A DNA stretch of 59,975 nucleotides, counting the filler, from Deltaproteobacteria bacterium (GTDB taxonomy: Bacteria > Myxococcota > JACRCW01), in the NCBI GenBank assembly GCA_016218805.1. It is 3 parts of 3 records of this genome, joined end to end, with 100 filler letters (N's around TTAATTAATTAA, not from the genome) between each part and the next. Parts side by side here need not be neighbours in the genome. Positions count along the whole stretch, not along the records: positions 28,005 to 52,152 come from JACRCW010000016.1; 2 more parts are not named here. One strand, given 5' to 3'. Below are positions 39,333-49,933 of this stretch, piece after piece. Each line of letters begins with the position of its first letter. The stretch's first letter is position 1. Made by a program: the position numbers and the translations under genes. The notes under the pieces were generated by a model that was given only the letters and a program-made list of their open reading frames with translations, did not search any database and was not told the origin of the DNA.

Positions 39333-41084
39333 ATGCGCCACATCCTGACGACGGTGACGCTGGCGTGCCTGTGCGCCGCCAGCCCTGCCCTTGCCACACC
39401 CGCCCCGGCGCGCCCCCCGGCGCTGCTGGATCACCGGACCCTCAAACCGGGCGCGGTGCTCCAGGGGGACACCGTGTTCTCCCGCGCGGGGCTGGAGCCG
39501 TTCACCGCAACGGTGCTGGCCGTGATGGAGGACTTCCTGGCTCCCAACGAGGACCTGGTGCTGGTGAAGCTGGGCGGCCCCGCGGTGGACAAGTACGGCG
39601 TGGTCAACGGGATGAGCGGTTCGCCCGTGTATCTCGACGGGAAACTGGTGGGTGCGGTGAGCTACCGGTTTGGCACCATGCCGCGCGAGCCCATTGCCGG
39701 CGTCACGCCCGCTGAGTCCATGATGGCCCTGCTGCAACACCGGGAGAAGAACCCGCGCAAGCTCACCCAGGCCGGGCCGCGTCTGGAGGGTTACGGTGAC
39801 GCAGTGCCCATTGAGACGCCGCTGGTGTGCGGCGGTTGTTCCGACGAGACCATTGCGGCGTTTGGGCCCCGGCTGCGGGAGCTGGGGTTCACGCCGGTGC
39901 GCGGCAGCGGCGGCGCCACGGGTACGCGCTTCCCGGTGTTTCCCGGTGGGCCCATTGCTGCGTCGTTTGTGGACGGGGACGTGTCCATCTCCGCGCTGGG
40001 CACGGTCACGTACGTGGACGGGGATCGCATCCTCGCGTTCGGTCACCAGTTTGAGGGCATGGGTGACGCCGAGGTGATGATGGGCTCCGCCGAGGTGTTC
40101 GGGACCATTCCGTCGCTGGCCAACGCGCACAAGGTGGGCCGGGCGGGCGCGGTCATTGGCGTGTGGACGGAGGACCGGCTTGTGGGAATTGGCGGCACCC
40201 TGGCCCAGCGCGCGCGCTCCGTGCCGTTCACCATGAAGCTGGACCGCTCTGAGGTGCTGGAGGCCAAGCGCGATCTCAAGTTCAACGTCGTTGACGACAC
40301 GGGGCTGGGTGCGGTGATGGCGCAGCAGGCGTTCCACGGCGCGCTCACCAACGGCACCGGGCACGAAGACCTGGGCACCATCCACCTGTCCGGCGCGGTG
40401 ACGCTGCAGGACGGGCGCCGCGTGCCGTTGGATGACACGTTTTCGTCCGTGCCGGCGCGCACGCCCACGGTGTCCACCGCGCTGCACGTGGGCGAAATCC
40501 TGGAGTCACTGTGGCGCAACCCGTTTGAGCGGGTCCGCATGAAACAGGTGGATTTTGTGGTGAAGCAGGACGTGGAGCCGCACCTGGGCATGATGGTGCG
40601 GTCCGGTGTGGACAAGGTCCGCATCCACGCGGGTGAGACGCTGCGCGCCCACGTGGAGGTCCGCACGCACCGGGAGGGTCTCAAGCGCCTGTCCGTGGAG
40701 ATCCCCACCGACCCGTGGATGGAACCCGGCGTGTACAGCGTGCTGTTTGCCGACGGGGATGAGGCAACCACGTTTGACCGCGATGCTGGGCTGGTGCCGT
40801 ACCCGCAGTCCCTTGACGAGGTGGTGAACATCCTGACCCACCGCCGGCGCGGGGACCACCTCTACGTGTTCCTGGCGGACCGCGTGAAGGGCGCACGCGT
40901 GGCCGGCCAACCCATGCCGGAGCTGCCGCCCTCCATGCTGGCCATCCTCAACGAGGGCATGGAAGGACCGCCCGCCAAGAAGCTGGCCCGGCGCGCGCTG
41001 AAGGTCATGTCCGTGGACGCGGGCATGATGATCCTGGGCGACGCGGAGACGACCATCACGGTGCTTGCACCGCGCGTCCGCTGA
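39333..41084 (+). CDS. Secreted SpoIVB-type peptidase S55 domain protein
   Basis: Signal peptide; GMSGSPVYLDGKLVGAVS; GTVTYVDGDRILAFGH. Confidence 0.85.
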   Translation: MRHILTTVTLACLCAASPALATPAPARPPALLDHRTLKPGAVLQGDTVFSRAGLEPFTATVLAVMEDFLAPNEDLVLVKLGGPAVDKYGVVNGMSGSPVYLDGKLVGAVSYRFGTMPREPIAGVTPAESMMALLQHREKNPRKLTQAGPRLEGYGDAVPIETPLVCGGCSDETIAAFGPRLRELGFTPVRGSGGATGTRFPVFPGGPIAASFVDGDVSISALGTVTYVDGDRILAFGHQFEGMGDAEVMMGSAEVFGTIPSLANAHKVGRAGAVIGVWTEDRLVGIGGTLAQRARSVPFTMKLDRSEVLEAKRDLKFNVVDDTGLGAVMAQQAFHGALTNGTGHEDLGTIHLSGAVTLQDGRRVPLDDTFSSVPARTPTVSTALHVGEILESLWRNPFERVRMKQVDFVVKQDVEPHLGMMVRSGVDKVRIHAGETLRAHVEVRTHREGLKRLSVEIPTDPWMEPGVYSVLFADGDEATTFDRDAGLVPYPQSLDEVVNILTHRRRGDHLYVFLADRVKGARVAGQPMPELPPSMLAILNEGMEGPPAKKLARRALKVMSVDAGMMILGDAETTITVLAPRVR

Positions 41085-41085
41085 C

Positions 41086-42183
41086 ATGAAGGCGGAGCTG
41101 TTTGCGGTGAGTACGCCGGGCCTGGAGCCCGTCACCGCGGATGAGCTCCGTGCGCTGGGACTGCCCGCGGAGATCAGCCAAGGCGGCGTCACCACGCGCG
41201 GCACACTGCACGACGTCACCCGTCTCAACGCGGGCCTGCGCACGGCCTCACGGCTGCTGCAGCGCGTGGGCCGCTTCCGCGCCACCACGTTCCCCGCGCT
41301 GAGACGTGAGACGGCGGCGCTGCCGTGGGAGCGTTTCCTCGCGCGCGATGGAGCCGTTGCGTTGCGGGTGACCTGCCGCAAGTCACGCCTGCATCATTCC
41401 GGTGCGGTGGCGGAGCGCGTGCTGGGGGGAATCGCGGACCGTATCGGTGTCTCACCGCACACGGCCAAGCCCGTTGAAGATCCGGCGGAGGATGGACCGC
41501 AGCTGGTGGTGGTGCGGTTTGAAGACGATGAAGCGACCCTCAGCGTGGACACCTCCGGCGCATTGCTGCATCGCCGCGGCTACCGGCAGGAGACCGCGAA
41601 GGCGCCGCTGCGCGAGACGCTGGCCGCGGCGATGGTGCTGCTGTCCGGTTGGGACCGCGTGTCGCCGTTGGTGGACCCGTTCTGCGGATCCGGCACGCTG
41701 CTGTGCGAGGCGGACGCCATCGCGCGGGGACGCCTGCCCGGCGCGGACCGGATGTTCGCGTGGCAACGGTGGCCGTGCGCGCGCGGCATCCGCGTGGTTG
41801 TCCCGCCGGAAGGCGCGGCAGGTGCGCCGCTGTTTGGCAACGACCACGACGCGGGAGCGATCCGCGCCGCGACGGGCAACGCCGCGCGCGCCGGGGCCGC
41901 GGTCAACTTCACGCAAGCCGACGCCACCGCGCTTCTGCCTCCGGCGGCGGGGCCCGGGTGGATCATCACCAATCCGCCGTGGGGCGTCCGCGTTGACACC
42001 AACCGCCCGCTGACCGCGCTGTACGCGCGCGTGGGCGCACACTGGCGCGCCCGCTGGCCGGGCTGGCGCGTGTGCCTGCTCGCTCCCGGTGCACTGGCGC
42101 AGGCCACGGGCATTGCGTGGGAACGGGTCACGCCCGTCGTCAACGGCGGTGTGCGGGTGGAGGTGCGCGTGGGGCGCGCGTGA
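41086..42183 (+). CDS. THUMP-domain RNA methyltransferase (RlmL-like)
   Basis: PGLE, LRTASR, DTSGALLHRRGYR, APLRETLAA, DPFCGSGT, NPPWG. Confidence 0.88.
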   Translation: MKAELFAVSTPGLEPVTADELRALGLPAEISQGGVTTRGTLHDVTRLNAGLRTASRLLQRVGRFRATTFPALRRETAALPWERFLARDGAVALRVTCRKSRLHHSGAVAERVLGGIADRIGVSPHTAKPVEDPAEDGPQLVVVRFEDDEATLSVDTSGALLHRRGYRQETAKAPLRETLAAAMVLLSGWDRVSPLVDPFCGSGTLLCEADAIARGRLPGADRMFAWQRWPCARGIRVVVPPEGAAGAPLFGNDHDAGAIRAATGNAARAGAAVNFTQADATALLPPAAGPGWIITNPPWGVRVDTNRPLTALYARVGAHWRARWPGWRVCLLAPGALAQATGIAWERVTPVVNGGVRVEVRVGRA

Positions 42184-42234
42184 TGCCGCGCCGGCGCGTT
42201 GATTCCCTCCGCGCCCTCGTCTACCAAACGCGCC

Positions 42235-43560
42235 ATGGCCACCGAACTCAACGTCGTCGAAATCACCCGCAAGCACACCTACGGCACCTGGCGTCCCCAG
42301 AAGGGTTGGATGCCCATGCACGTCACCCGTGCGGAAGGGGTGCACTTCTGGGACGCGGCCGGCACGCGCTATCTGGACATGTCCGCGCAGCTGATGTGCT
42401 CCAACCTCGGCCACCAGAACCCGGCTGTGGTGGACGCCATCTGCAAGCAGGCGCGCGAGCTGGCGTTTGTGGCGCCGGGCTACGCCACCACGGTGCGCGC
42501 GCAGCTCGCCCAGAAGCTGCTGGACGTGGTGCCCAAGGGCATTGACAAGTTCTTCTTTGCCACCTCCGGCACCGAGGCCAACGAATGCGCGATCAAGATG
42601 GCGCGCCTGGTCACTGGCAAGCAGAAGATCATTGCGCGGTACAACAGCTACCACGGGAGCACGGCGTCGTCGGTGGCGGCCACGGGTGACTACCGCCGCT
42701 GGTTCGCGGAGCCGCTGGATGCCGCGGTGCCCAGCGTCATCCACGCGCCGGAGTGCAACACCTACCGGCCTGCGGTCGGCACCACCGCGTCGGAGTCCGC
42801 CGAATACTTCGATTACATCCTGCGCAATGAGGGCAACGTTGCCGCGATCATCATGGAGCCCATTGTGGGGACCAACGGCGTGCTGGTGCCGCCCGCGGAT
42901 TACCTGCCGCGCGTGAAGGCCATTGCGGAGAAGTATGGCGTGCTGCTCATTGCGGACGAGGTGATGAGCGGGTGGGGCCGCACGGGAGCGTGGTTTGCGG
43001 TGGACCACTGGAACGTGGTCCCGGACATCCTGGTCACGGCCAAGGGCGTCACCAGCGCCATGGCGCCGCTGGGCGTGGTGGGGACCACGCGGAAGGTGGC
43101 GGACTATTTTGAGGAGGGGTGGTTTGCGCACGGGCACACGTATGAGAGTCACCCGCTGACGCTGGCCCCCGCCGTGGCGGCCATTGATGAGTACAAGCGG
43201 TTGGACCTCATCAACGGCGCCAAGCGGATGGGAGAGAAGTTTGGCCCCAAGCTGCGCAAGCTGATGGACAGCCATCCCTCCGTGGGTGACGTGCGCGGCC
43301 TGGGCCTGTTCTGGTGCGTGGAGCTGGTGAAGAACCGCAAGACCAAGGAGCCGTTCAACACGTTCCACGACAAGTACGCGCGCAAGCCGCTGCTCATTGA
43401 CCAGGTGACGGGCGCGCTGCTCAAGCAGGGCGTGTCCATGATGGGCTGGATGAGCCACCTGATCATTGCGCCGCCGCTGATCATCACCGAGGCGCAGTTG
43501 GATGAGGCGGTGGCGGCGTTGGATGTGGCGCTGAAGATTGCTGACGAGAAGGTGGCGTGA
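42235..43560 (+). CDS. Class III PLP aminotransferase
   Basis: SGTEANE, SYHG, EPIVG, DEVMSGWGRTG, AKG, HGHTY, RGLGL. Confidence 0.92.
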   Translation: MATELNVVEITRKHTYGTWRPQKGWMPMHVTRAEGVHFWDAAGTRYLDMSAQLMCSNLGHQNPAVVDAICKQARELAFVAPGYATTVRAQLAQKLLDVVPKGIDKFFFATSGTEANECAIKMARLVTGKQKIIARYNSYHGSTASSVAATGDYRRWFAEPLDAAVPSVIHAPECNTYRPAVGTTASESAEYFDYILRNEGNVAAIIMEPIVGTNGVLVPPADYLPRVKAIAEKYGVLLIADEVMSGWGRTGAWFAVDHWNVVPDILVTAKGVTSAMAPLGVVGTTRKVADYFEEGWFAHGHTYESHPLTLAPAVAAIDEYKRLDLINGAKRMGEKFGPKLRKLMDSHPSVGDVRGLGLFWCVELVKNRKTKEPFNTFHDKYARKPLLIDQVTGALLKQGVSMMGWMSHLIIAPPLIITEAQLDEAVAALDVALKIADEKVA

Positions 43561-43568
43561 CACCCATC

Positions 43569-43741
43569 CACCTCGCCCCGGCGTGAGCCGGGGAGAGGTC
43601 GCCCTGCCGCCAGGCAGGGCGGGTGAGGGGCCGCTGTCAGCGGGTCCTTTCCTGAAGAGTGAGAGGGTGAGGCGCATGCGGCCCCCCACCCGGCGACTGG
43701 CGTCGCCGACCTCCCCCCGGGCTGGCGCCCGGGTGGAGGTG
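43569..43741. repeat. Inverted pair of double-hairpin REP-like elements between convergent genes
   Basis: Copy A 43569-43634 and inverted copy B 43678-43741; each has two GC-rich hairpins and a GGGTG(A/G)GGGGCCGC tail. Confidence 0.75.
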
Positions 43742-43749
43742 TTCTGCGC

Positions 43750-44175
43750 TCAGCGCTTCACCAGCTCAGTGGTGCGGAAGAAATACGCGATTTCAATCTT
43801 CGCGTTCTCCGGGCTGTCCGAGCCGTGCACCGTGTTCTTCTCAACATCGGTGGCGTACAGCTTGCGCAGCGTGCCGTCCGCCGCCTTCTTCGGGTCGGTG
43901 GCGCCCATGATCTCGCGGTTCTTGGCAATGGCGTTCTCGCCCTCCAGCGCCATCACCACGCACGGACCGGACGTCATGAACTCCACCAGGCTGCCAAAGA
44001 ACGGGCGTTCCTTGTGCACCGCGTAGAAACCCTCCGCATCCGCGCGGCTCAGGTGCATCATGCGCATGGCCACGGGGTGCAGGCCGGCCTTCTCAAAGTG
44101 CGCGATGATCGCGCCCACCAGGTTCTTCTTGAGCCCGTCAGGCTTGATGATGGACAGGGTGCGTTCAATGGCCAT
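43750..44175 (-). CDS. ndk: Nucleoside diphosphate kinase
   Basis: [43 protein letters not shown]. Confidence 0.97.
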   Translation of the reverse strand: MAIERTLSIIKPDGLKKNLVGAIIAHFEKAGLHPVAMRMMHLSRADAEGFYAVHKERPFFGSLVEFMTSGPCVVMALEGENAIAKNREIMGATDPKKAADGTLRKLYATDVEKNTVHGSDSPENAKIEIAYFFRTTELVKR

Positions 44176-44195
44176 GGTCATTCTCCTTCTGGTTG

Positions 44196-45680
44196 TCAGT
44201 TGGCCGCCTTGGGCGGCGTGGGGTCCTTGGCGGGCGGGGCCCGCAGCAGCGCAATCGCCTCGCGCAGCCGGCGGCGGCACACCTCCTTGCCAATCAGTTC
44301 CATCGTGTCAAACAACGGCGGCGTGGCGTTCTTGGCGGTGATGGCCACGCGAATGGGCGCAAACAGGTCCTTCGCCTTCCAGCCTTTCTCGTCCGCCAGC
44401 GTGCGGCCCATCTGCTCCAGCACGTCCTTGTTCCACGCAAACTGCTTGTCGATTCGCTCCACCAGCTCCGCCAGCGCGCCGGCGATCTCATCCGCGGTAC
44501 GGCCCTTGGGCACCAGCTCCTTCACGTCACACCGCACGGAGCCGCAGAAGAAGTAGCTGCCGTAGTCAAAGAAGTCCTCCAGTTTGTCCACGCGCTCCTT
44601 CACCAGCGTGATGACCTTCTTGAGGTACTCGTCAGACGCCTGGGACTGGCGCAGCGCGGCCAGGTAGTCCTCCGTGGACACCACTTCGCGCAGGTACTTG
44701 CCGTTGAGCCAGAACAGCTTCTTCAGGTCAAACACCGGACCGCCCAGGCTGATGCGGCCCAGATCAAAGTTGGCAATCATCTCGTCCAGCGTGAACACCT
44801 CGCGCCCGTCCGGCATGGTCCAGCCCATCATGCCCAGGTAGTTGCGCAGCGCGGCGGGGAGGATGCCGCAGCGCTCGTAGAACACCAGGCTCGTCGGGTT
44901 CTTGCGCTTGCTGACCTTGCTCTTGTCCTCATTGCGCAGCAGCGGGAGGTGACAGAACTCCGGGGCCTCCCAGCCAAACCCCGCGTACAGCAGCACGTGT
45001 TTGGGCGTGGAGGTGATCCATTCCTCGCCGCGGATGACGTGCGTGATCTGCATGTGGTGGTCATCCACCACGTTGGCCAGGTGGTAGGTGGGGAACCCAT
45101 CCGTCTTCAGCAGCACCTGGTCATCAATGCCCTTGTTCTCAAACTCCACGCGGCCACGCAGCAGGTCGGTGACGACGGTGACGCCTTCACGCGGGACCTT
45201 GAGGCGCACCACGTGCGGTGCGCCGCCCGCGATCTCCTTGTCCACCTCGGCAGGGTCGCGGTCGCGGCAGCGCCCGTCATAGCCGGGGTTCTGCTTGGCC
45301 TTCTTCTGCTCCTCGCGCAGGGCCTCCAGGCGCTCCGGGGTGCACGTGCACTTGTACGCGTTGCCACGCCGCACCAGCTCCGCCGCTTCCTTCTGGTACA
45401 GCGGCAGACGTTCGCTCTGGCGGTACGGCCCAAACGGCCCGCCGATGTCCGGGCCCTCGTCATACGCGATGCCGGCCCAGCGCAGGCTGCGGAAGATCAT
45501 CTCCTCGCTCTTGCGGGTGGAGCGCGTCTGGTCGGTATCCTCAATGCGCAGGATGAACTTGCCGCCGTGCTTGCGCGCAAACGCAAGGTTGAACAGGCCA
45601 ATGTACGCCGTGCCCACGTGCGGGTCCCCCGTGGGTGACGGGGCAATGCGGACGCGGACAGGACGCTGGGAGCCGGACAT
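44196..45680 (-). CDS. gltX: Glutamate--tRNA ligase
   Basis: [13 protein letters not shown] (HIGH), RIEDTD, VIRGEEW, KVSKR (KMSKS). Confidence 0.96.
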   Translation of the reverse strand: MSGSQRPVRVRIAPSPTGDPHVGTAYIGLFNLAFARKHGGKFILRIEDTDQTRSTRKSEEMIFRSLRWAGIAYDEGPDIGGPFGPYRQSERLPLYQKEAAELVRRGNAYKCTCTPERLEALREEQKKAKQNPGYDGRCRDRDPAEVDKEIAGGAPHVVRLKVPREGVTVVTDLLRGRVEFENKGIDDQVLLKTDGFPTYHLANVVDDHHMQITHVIRGEEWITSTPKHVLLYAGFGWEAPEFCHLPLLRNEDKSKVSKRKNPTSLVFYERCGILPAALRNYLGMMGWTMPDGREVFTLDEMIANFDLGRISLGGPVFDLKKLFWLNGKYLREVVSTEDYLAALRQSQASDEYLKKVITLVKERVDKLEDFFDYGSYFFCGSVRCDVKELVPKGRTADEIAGALAELVERIDKQFAWNKDVLEQMGRTLADEKGWKAKDLFAPIRVAITAKNATPPLFDTMELIGKEVCRRRLREAIALLRAPPAKDPTPPKAAN

Positions 45681-45803
45681 GGGCGGGAGCCTCGGGAGGG
45701 GGGAGCCGTCTAACAGAGCGGCCGCGCCGGGGGAAAGGCCGATGCGACCGGGGCCGGCGGCTCGGCCGTTGGAGGGGGCGGGGAGGGCTGGCATGGTCCC
45801 GCC

Positions 45804-46550
45804 ATGGACGTGCTGATGCCGCTGCCGCGAGAGGACTTTGACCCCACGGAGGCCGGCGTGACCTTCACCACGCTGGTGCGCACCGGCCACCGCGTCGTCG
45901 TGGCCACGCCGGACGGGAAACCGGCGCGCGCGGACCACCGCATGGTGGAGGGCACCGGGCTGGGACCGTGGAAGGGCCTGCTGCGCGCAGACGCCCACGG
46001 GCGCGCGGCGCATGATGAGATGGCGCATCACCCGGCGTTTCAGTCCCCCGTCCCGTACGAACAGGCCGCCGCGGAACCCTACGGCGCCCTGGTGCTGCCC
46101 GGCGGCCACGCTCCCGGCATGCGCTACTACCTGGAGTCTCCGCTGCTGCAGTCCATTGTCGCGCGGTTCTTTGACGAGAACCGTCCGGTAGGCGCCATCT
46201 GCCACGGCGTGGTGCTGGCCGCGCGCAGCCGTTCCGCCAAGACCGGCCAAAGCGTGCTGCACGGGCGGCGCACCACGGCGTTGACGCACTGGATGGAGAT
46301 GTCCGCGTGGCTGCTCACGGCGGCGTGGCTGGGCAGCTACTACCGCACCTACCCGCAGACGGTGCAGTGGGAGGTGACCGCCGCCCTGGCCCAGCCGGAG
46401 GACTTCCTCACCGGCCCGTTCTCGTCGACGCGCGACACACCCACGCGCCTGGGAGCCGGCTTCACCGTGCGCGACGGGAACTATCTCTCCGCGCGCTGGC
46501 CGGGGGATGCGCATCGTTTTGCGTCGGAGTTCGCAGCGCTGCTGAGTTGA
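45804..46550 (+). CDS. DJ-1/PfpI family (type 1 glutamine amidotransferase-like) protein
   Basis: DFDPTE, LPGGH, AICHG, DGNYLSARWPGD. Confidence 0.87.
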   Translation: MDVLMPLPREDFDPTEAGVTFTTLVRTGHRVVVATPDGKPARADHRMVEGTGLGPWKGLLRADAHGRAAHDEMAHHPAFQSPVPYEQAAAEPYGALVLPGGHAPGMRYYLESPLLQSIVARFFDENRPVGAICHGVVLAARSRSAKTGQSVLHGRRTTALTHWMEMSAWLLTAAWLGSYYRTYPQTVQWEVTAALAQPEDFLTGPFSSTRDTPTRLGAGFTVRDGNYLSARWPGDAHRFASEFAALLS

Positions 46551-46551
46551 A

Positions 46552-47526
46552 TCACCAGACCGCGGTGGGCTGGCGCTCCGCCTCATCCAGCGCGCGCGTG
46601 ACCCCGCCCAACACGCTCTCCACGACGGCACGGAACGCGCCCGGCACCGGTGCGGTGGCCTCCACGCGCGCTTCCGCGGCGGTGAACCCCAGCCACACCG
46701 CGTGCAGCGCGTGGCTGGGCAACCGCGGCCCACCCACGGGCCACGGCGGGCCGCCATACAGGTCATCCCCCCACAGCGGGGCACCCGCGTGCGCCAGGTG
46801 CACGCGCACCTGGTGCCGGCGCCCACCCTCCCCGTCCACCAGCACCAGCGCCTCCGCACCATGACGCGTGAGCACCCGCCACCGCGTCACCGCCTGGCGC
46901 GGCCGCCCGCGGTGGCGCGCCCCCTGCTCCGCCACCACCACGCTGCGCCGCGGGTCCCCCGGGTCGTGCGCCACGGGAGCGTCCACCTCGCCGCGGTCAG
47001 CCACCGCACCGTGCACCAGCGCCAGATACAGCTTGCGCGCGTGCCCGCCCTTGAACGCCGCGCGGCCCGCCTCAAACGCGCGCGGTTCCAGCGCAAACGC
47101 CAGCGCCCCGGACGTCCCCACGTCCAGCCGGTGCAAGAGGCCACCTTCGCGCGGGTCCGGTCCGGCGGTGGCCGCCGCCGGCCAGCGCGCCACCACCGCG
47201 TCCAGCGCGGCGGGCGGGTCAGACGGGTGCAACCGGTGGGACGGCAGCCCCGCGGGCTTGTCCACCACCACAAACGGCCCTTGCTGCAGCAGCACGCCCA
47301 GCTCCGGCGGCGGGCTGGTGTCCACCGGAGCCGCCAGCAGCGTGATGACGTCCCCGGCGCACACGCGCTCGCCCTTGCGCAGGCGCACGCCGCGGCGCAG
47401 CAGCAGTTCCCGCGCGCACAACCGTTTCACCGCCGCCACGCTCACGCCCAGCAGTGAGGCCACCGCTTCGTCCACGCGCTGGTCCGCCTGCGCGGGCTCC
47501 ACCACCACCGTCCGCGCTCCGCTCAC
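46552..47526 (-). CDS. RluA-family pseudouridine synthase
   Basis: S4-like N-terminus, DKPAGLPSH, HRLDVGTSG, HQVRVHL, GDDLYG, ALHA. Confidence 0.88.
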   Translation of the reverse strand: MSGARTVVVEPAQADQRVDEAVASLLGVSVAAVKRLCARELLLRRGVRLRKGERVCAGDVITLLAAPVDTSPPPELGVLLQQGPFVVVDKPAGLPSHRLHPSDPPAALDAVVARWPAAATAGPDPREGGLLHRLDVGTSGALAFALEPRAFEAGRAAFKGGHARKLYLALVHGAVADRGEVDAPVAHDPGDPRRSVVVAEQGARHRGRPRQAVTRWRVLTRHGAEALVLVDGEGGRRHQVRVHLAHAGAPLWGDDLYGGPPWPVGGPRLPSHALHAVWLGFTAAEARVEATAPVPGAFRAVVESVLGGVTRALDEAERQPTAVW

Positions 47527-48224
47527 CGCGGCTCCTTGCCCAGGTGGTAGGCCACCACCGCCCCCAGCGGTCCCAGCACCGCCTGTGACGCCAGCCCCAC
47601 GGCCACACCCGCGCCCACCGCCAGCACCAGCGCCGCGTCCCCGTAGAGAGTGCCCGGTGGCGCCCGCGCCACCACCATGGCCGCCGCCAACGCGGGCCCG
47701 CCCACCGCCAGGCCCGCCAGCACGCCCGCCATGCTCCCGGCCAGGTACCCGGCCACCGGCGTCACCCACGGCACCCCCAGCGTGGAGCGCGCCAACACGG
47801 AGCGCGGGTTGCCGCCGGCGCGGCGGACCAGTTCCTCGCCCCAGGGCGGCAGCAGTGAGCGCGCCAGGAAGTGCCGCCCAAGGAACGACACGCCCCACAC
47901 CGCCAGCCCCGCCGCCACCGCCTGCGCCAGCAGCACGCCCACCAGCGTGCCCACCGGGGCGGCCACCGCCAGTTCCGCGGCCCCGCGGGTGCGCGCCAGC
48001 ATGATCCCCGCCCCGCCCACCACCAGCCCGGGGAACACCGCCGCCACGCCCACCGCCCCGGCCGCGCCCATGGCCGCGGCCACCTGCACCACGGCCAGCG
48101 CGTCCTCGGTGGTGGCGGTCTTCTCCAGGGCAAGCGTGCCGCCCGCCGTGGCGGGTGGTTCAGCCGTGGGCGTGGCGCCGGGCAGCGCCGACGCAAACAG
48201 CAGGCAGGCCAGGAGGTGGGTCAC
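47523..48224 (-). CDS. Hypothetical membrane protein
   Basis: Signal-like N-terminus and several Gly/Ala-rich hydrophobic segments; GTGA overlap with the RluA gene. Start uncertain. Confidence 0.55.
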   Translation of the reverse strand: MTHLLACLLFASALPGATPTAEPPATAGGTLALEKTATTEDALAVVQVAAAMGAAGAVGVAAVFPGLVVGGAGIMLARTRGAAELAVAAPVGTLVGVLLAQAVAAGLAVWGVSFLGRHFLARSLLPPWGEELVRRAGGNPRSVLARSTLGVPWVTPVAGYLAGSMAGVLAGLAVGGPALAAAMVVARAPPGTLYGDAALVLAVGAGVAVGLASQAVLGPLGAVVAYHLGKEPR

Positions 48225-48318
48225 AGCGCGGGAGCGTAGCGCATCAGGCGGGGGACGGAGGAGCGCCGCCGAGGACACGCGGTTGACTTCACCCCGTGAT
48301 GGGGGCAAACCGCGCGCC

Positions 48319-48963
48319 ATGAGGGAACACACCGGCCTGCCGCTGAAAGCCGCGGAGTTCGCGCCTGACGGGCCGACGCGCGGCAACGTGGTGTTCCTGC
48401 ACGGGCTGGGATCCACGTACATGGACATGCTGTCCCTGGCGGAGGACATGCGCTTCCCCGCGCGCCACGTGCTGCTGGATGGCCCCCTCACCGTCACCAT
48501 GGGTGAGCACTACGAAGGCCGCGGGTGGTTCAACCGCCGCGGTCCCACGCTGGAGGGCCTGGAGGAATCCGTGCAGCGCGTGCGGGACACCCTCAACGCG
48601 CTGGAGGTGGACGCGGACCGCACCGTGATGGTGGGCTTTTCGCAGGGCGCGGCCATGGCGCTGGCCACCGTGCTGGAGAGTGACACCACGCCGGCGGGGT
48701 TGTGCATGCTGGCGGGGTTTGTGCCGGCGCCCATCCGCCTGCGGGAGCGCCGTGAACGCGTGCAGAACCTGTACTGCCTGCTGTGCCACGGCATCCACGA
48801 CGACGTGGTGCCGTTCAAGGACGGCCACGCGGCGCTGGACCTGCTGGCCAGTCACGGTGCGCGCGCGCGGCTGGTGGCGTTCCCCACCAGCCACTGGGTG
48901 GCGGGTGAGATGGTGGTGGAGCTGCAGCGCTTCCTGGATGAGCGCCTGCCACCGTTGAAGTGA
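48319..48963 (+). CDS. Phospholipase/carboxylesterase (alpha/beta hydrolase)
   Basis: FLHGLG, GFSQG nucleophile elbow, HGIHDDVVP, C-terminal His. Confidence 0.88.
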   Translation: MREHTGLPLKAAEFAPDGPTRGNVVFLHGLGSTYMDMLSLAEDMRFPARHVLLDGPLTVTMGEHYEGRGWFNRRGPTLEGLEESVQRVRDTLNALEVDADRTVMVGFSQGAAMALATVLESDTTPAGLCMLAGFVPAPIRLRERRERVQNLYCLLCHGIHDDVVPFKDGHAALDLLASHGARARLVAFPTSHWVAGEMVVELQRFLDERLPPLK

Positions 48964-49002
48964 CGGTCGTGGGCGGGTGGTGGTCCCCGGGTCGATCTCC
49001 AC

Positions 49003-49037
49003 GACGTACCCTGCCGCCATGGACGTACCCTGCCGCC
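49003..49037 (+). repeat. 16-bp direct repeat (19-bp period)
   Basis: GACGTACCCTGCCGCC at 49003-49018 and 49022-49037. Confidence 0.8.
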
Positions 49038-49111
49038 GTGCCGCCAATGCCTCCGGTCGCGCGCGCTCGTAGCTCGCCCCGTGTCCGGCGGGCAGGGTCG
49101 CTTCCGGCGTG

Positions 49112-49933
49112 TCAGGGACCTCCGTCCCCAGGGCCTCCATCGGCAGCGGGGCTGGGGGCGACGGGTGGCGTTCGGTTCATGCAGTAGAACTCCCCCCTAT
49201 CAATGGGCTCGTGTCCCGGTTGGCTCGCCGAATGTCGCAGGTGCGGACGATTCGGGTTCGCCTGCACGGCCGCGGCGATCCTTGCCTCGACGCCTGCACG
49301 GTCAACCACGCACCCGGTCATGGACGTCACCCGGGTCCGGGCTTGTGTCACCGTCAGAATCCCCGTGGTCCACAACTCGGCAGCATCCAGCAGACATGAA
49401 CCAGGGATGAGCGTTGTCGCATCGTCCGGGTTCACGAGGAAGAACTCGCACTCCCCTGCGCTGTTATCTCTCCCCTCCCAGGCCACAGCGACGTCGCCGG
49501 CAAGCCCACAGATGGACGTCTCACCCGGGAGCTCCACGCTTCCCAGCAGAATGATGCGCGGGACCGAATCGCCCGCATAGGCGCGAACGGAGTCAATCAT
49601 GATGTCCGGTCGCCAAAACCAGATGCTGTCGACAACGGTCGGCTCGATGGAGGACACATTGGCAAGGAAGTCCTGGACGATGTGAAGTAGGACGCGCTGG
49701 CCTTGCGGCTCACAGAACACGTCGCGGGGGCAGGCCACCAGCTCCCCGAGGTCGGCCTCGATCAGGAGGTCGGCAGAGTCATACTGACGATCAGTGGGCA
49801 AGGCGTGCGGGCGTGGCGGTCCCGCCACGTCGTTGCCCGCTCCGGCCGGCATACGCTCCTCGCCACGGCAGCCAGAAAGCGACAAGGAAAACAGGAATGC
49901 GGCTGTTGAAGCACAAAGAGTGAAGCGCAGCAT
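49112..49933 (-). CDS. Hypothetical lipoprotein, visibly less GC-rich than neighbours
   Basis: MLRFTLCASTAAFLFSLSLSGC lipobox; several Cys; frame is open upstream to 50095. Confidence 0.55.
   Translation of the reverse strand: MLRFTLCASTAAFLFSLSLSGCRGEERMPAGAGNDVAGPPRPHALPTDRQYDSADLLIEADLGELVACPRDVFCEPQGQRVLLHIVQDFLANVSSIEPTVVDSIWFWRPDIMIDSVRAYAGDSVPRIILLGSVELPGETSICGLAGDVAVAWEGRDNSAGECEFFLVNPDDATTLIPGSCLLDAAELWTTGILTVTQARTRVTSMTGCVVDRAGVEARIAAAVQANPNRPHLRHSASQPGHEPIDRGEFYCMNRTPPVAPSPAADGGPGDGGP

Noticed and set aside
45681..46862. N-terminal extension of gltX in the ORF track (888 aa); similarly extended ORFs at 38325, 47650 and 32050
   Set aside because: Extensions overlap real neighbouring genes; the recognisable domains begin at the downstream starts.
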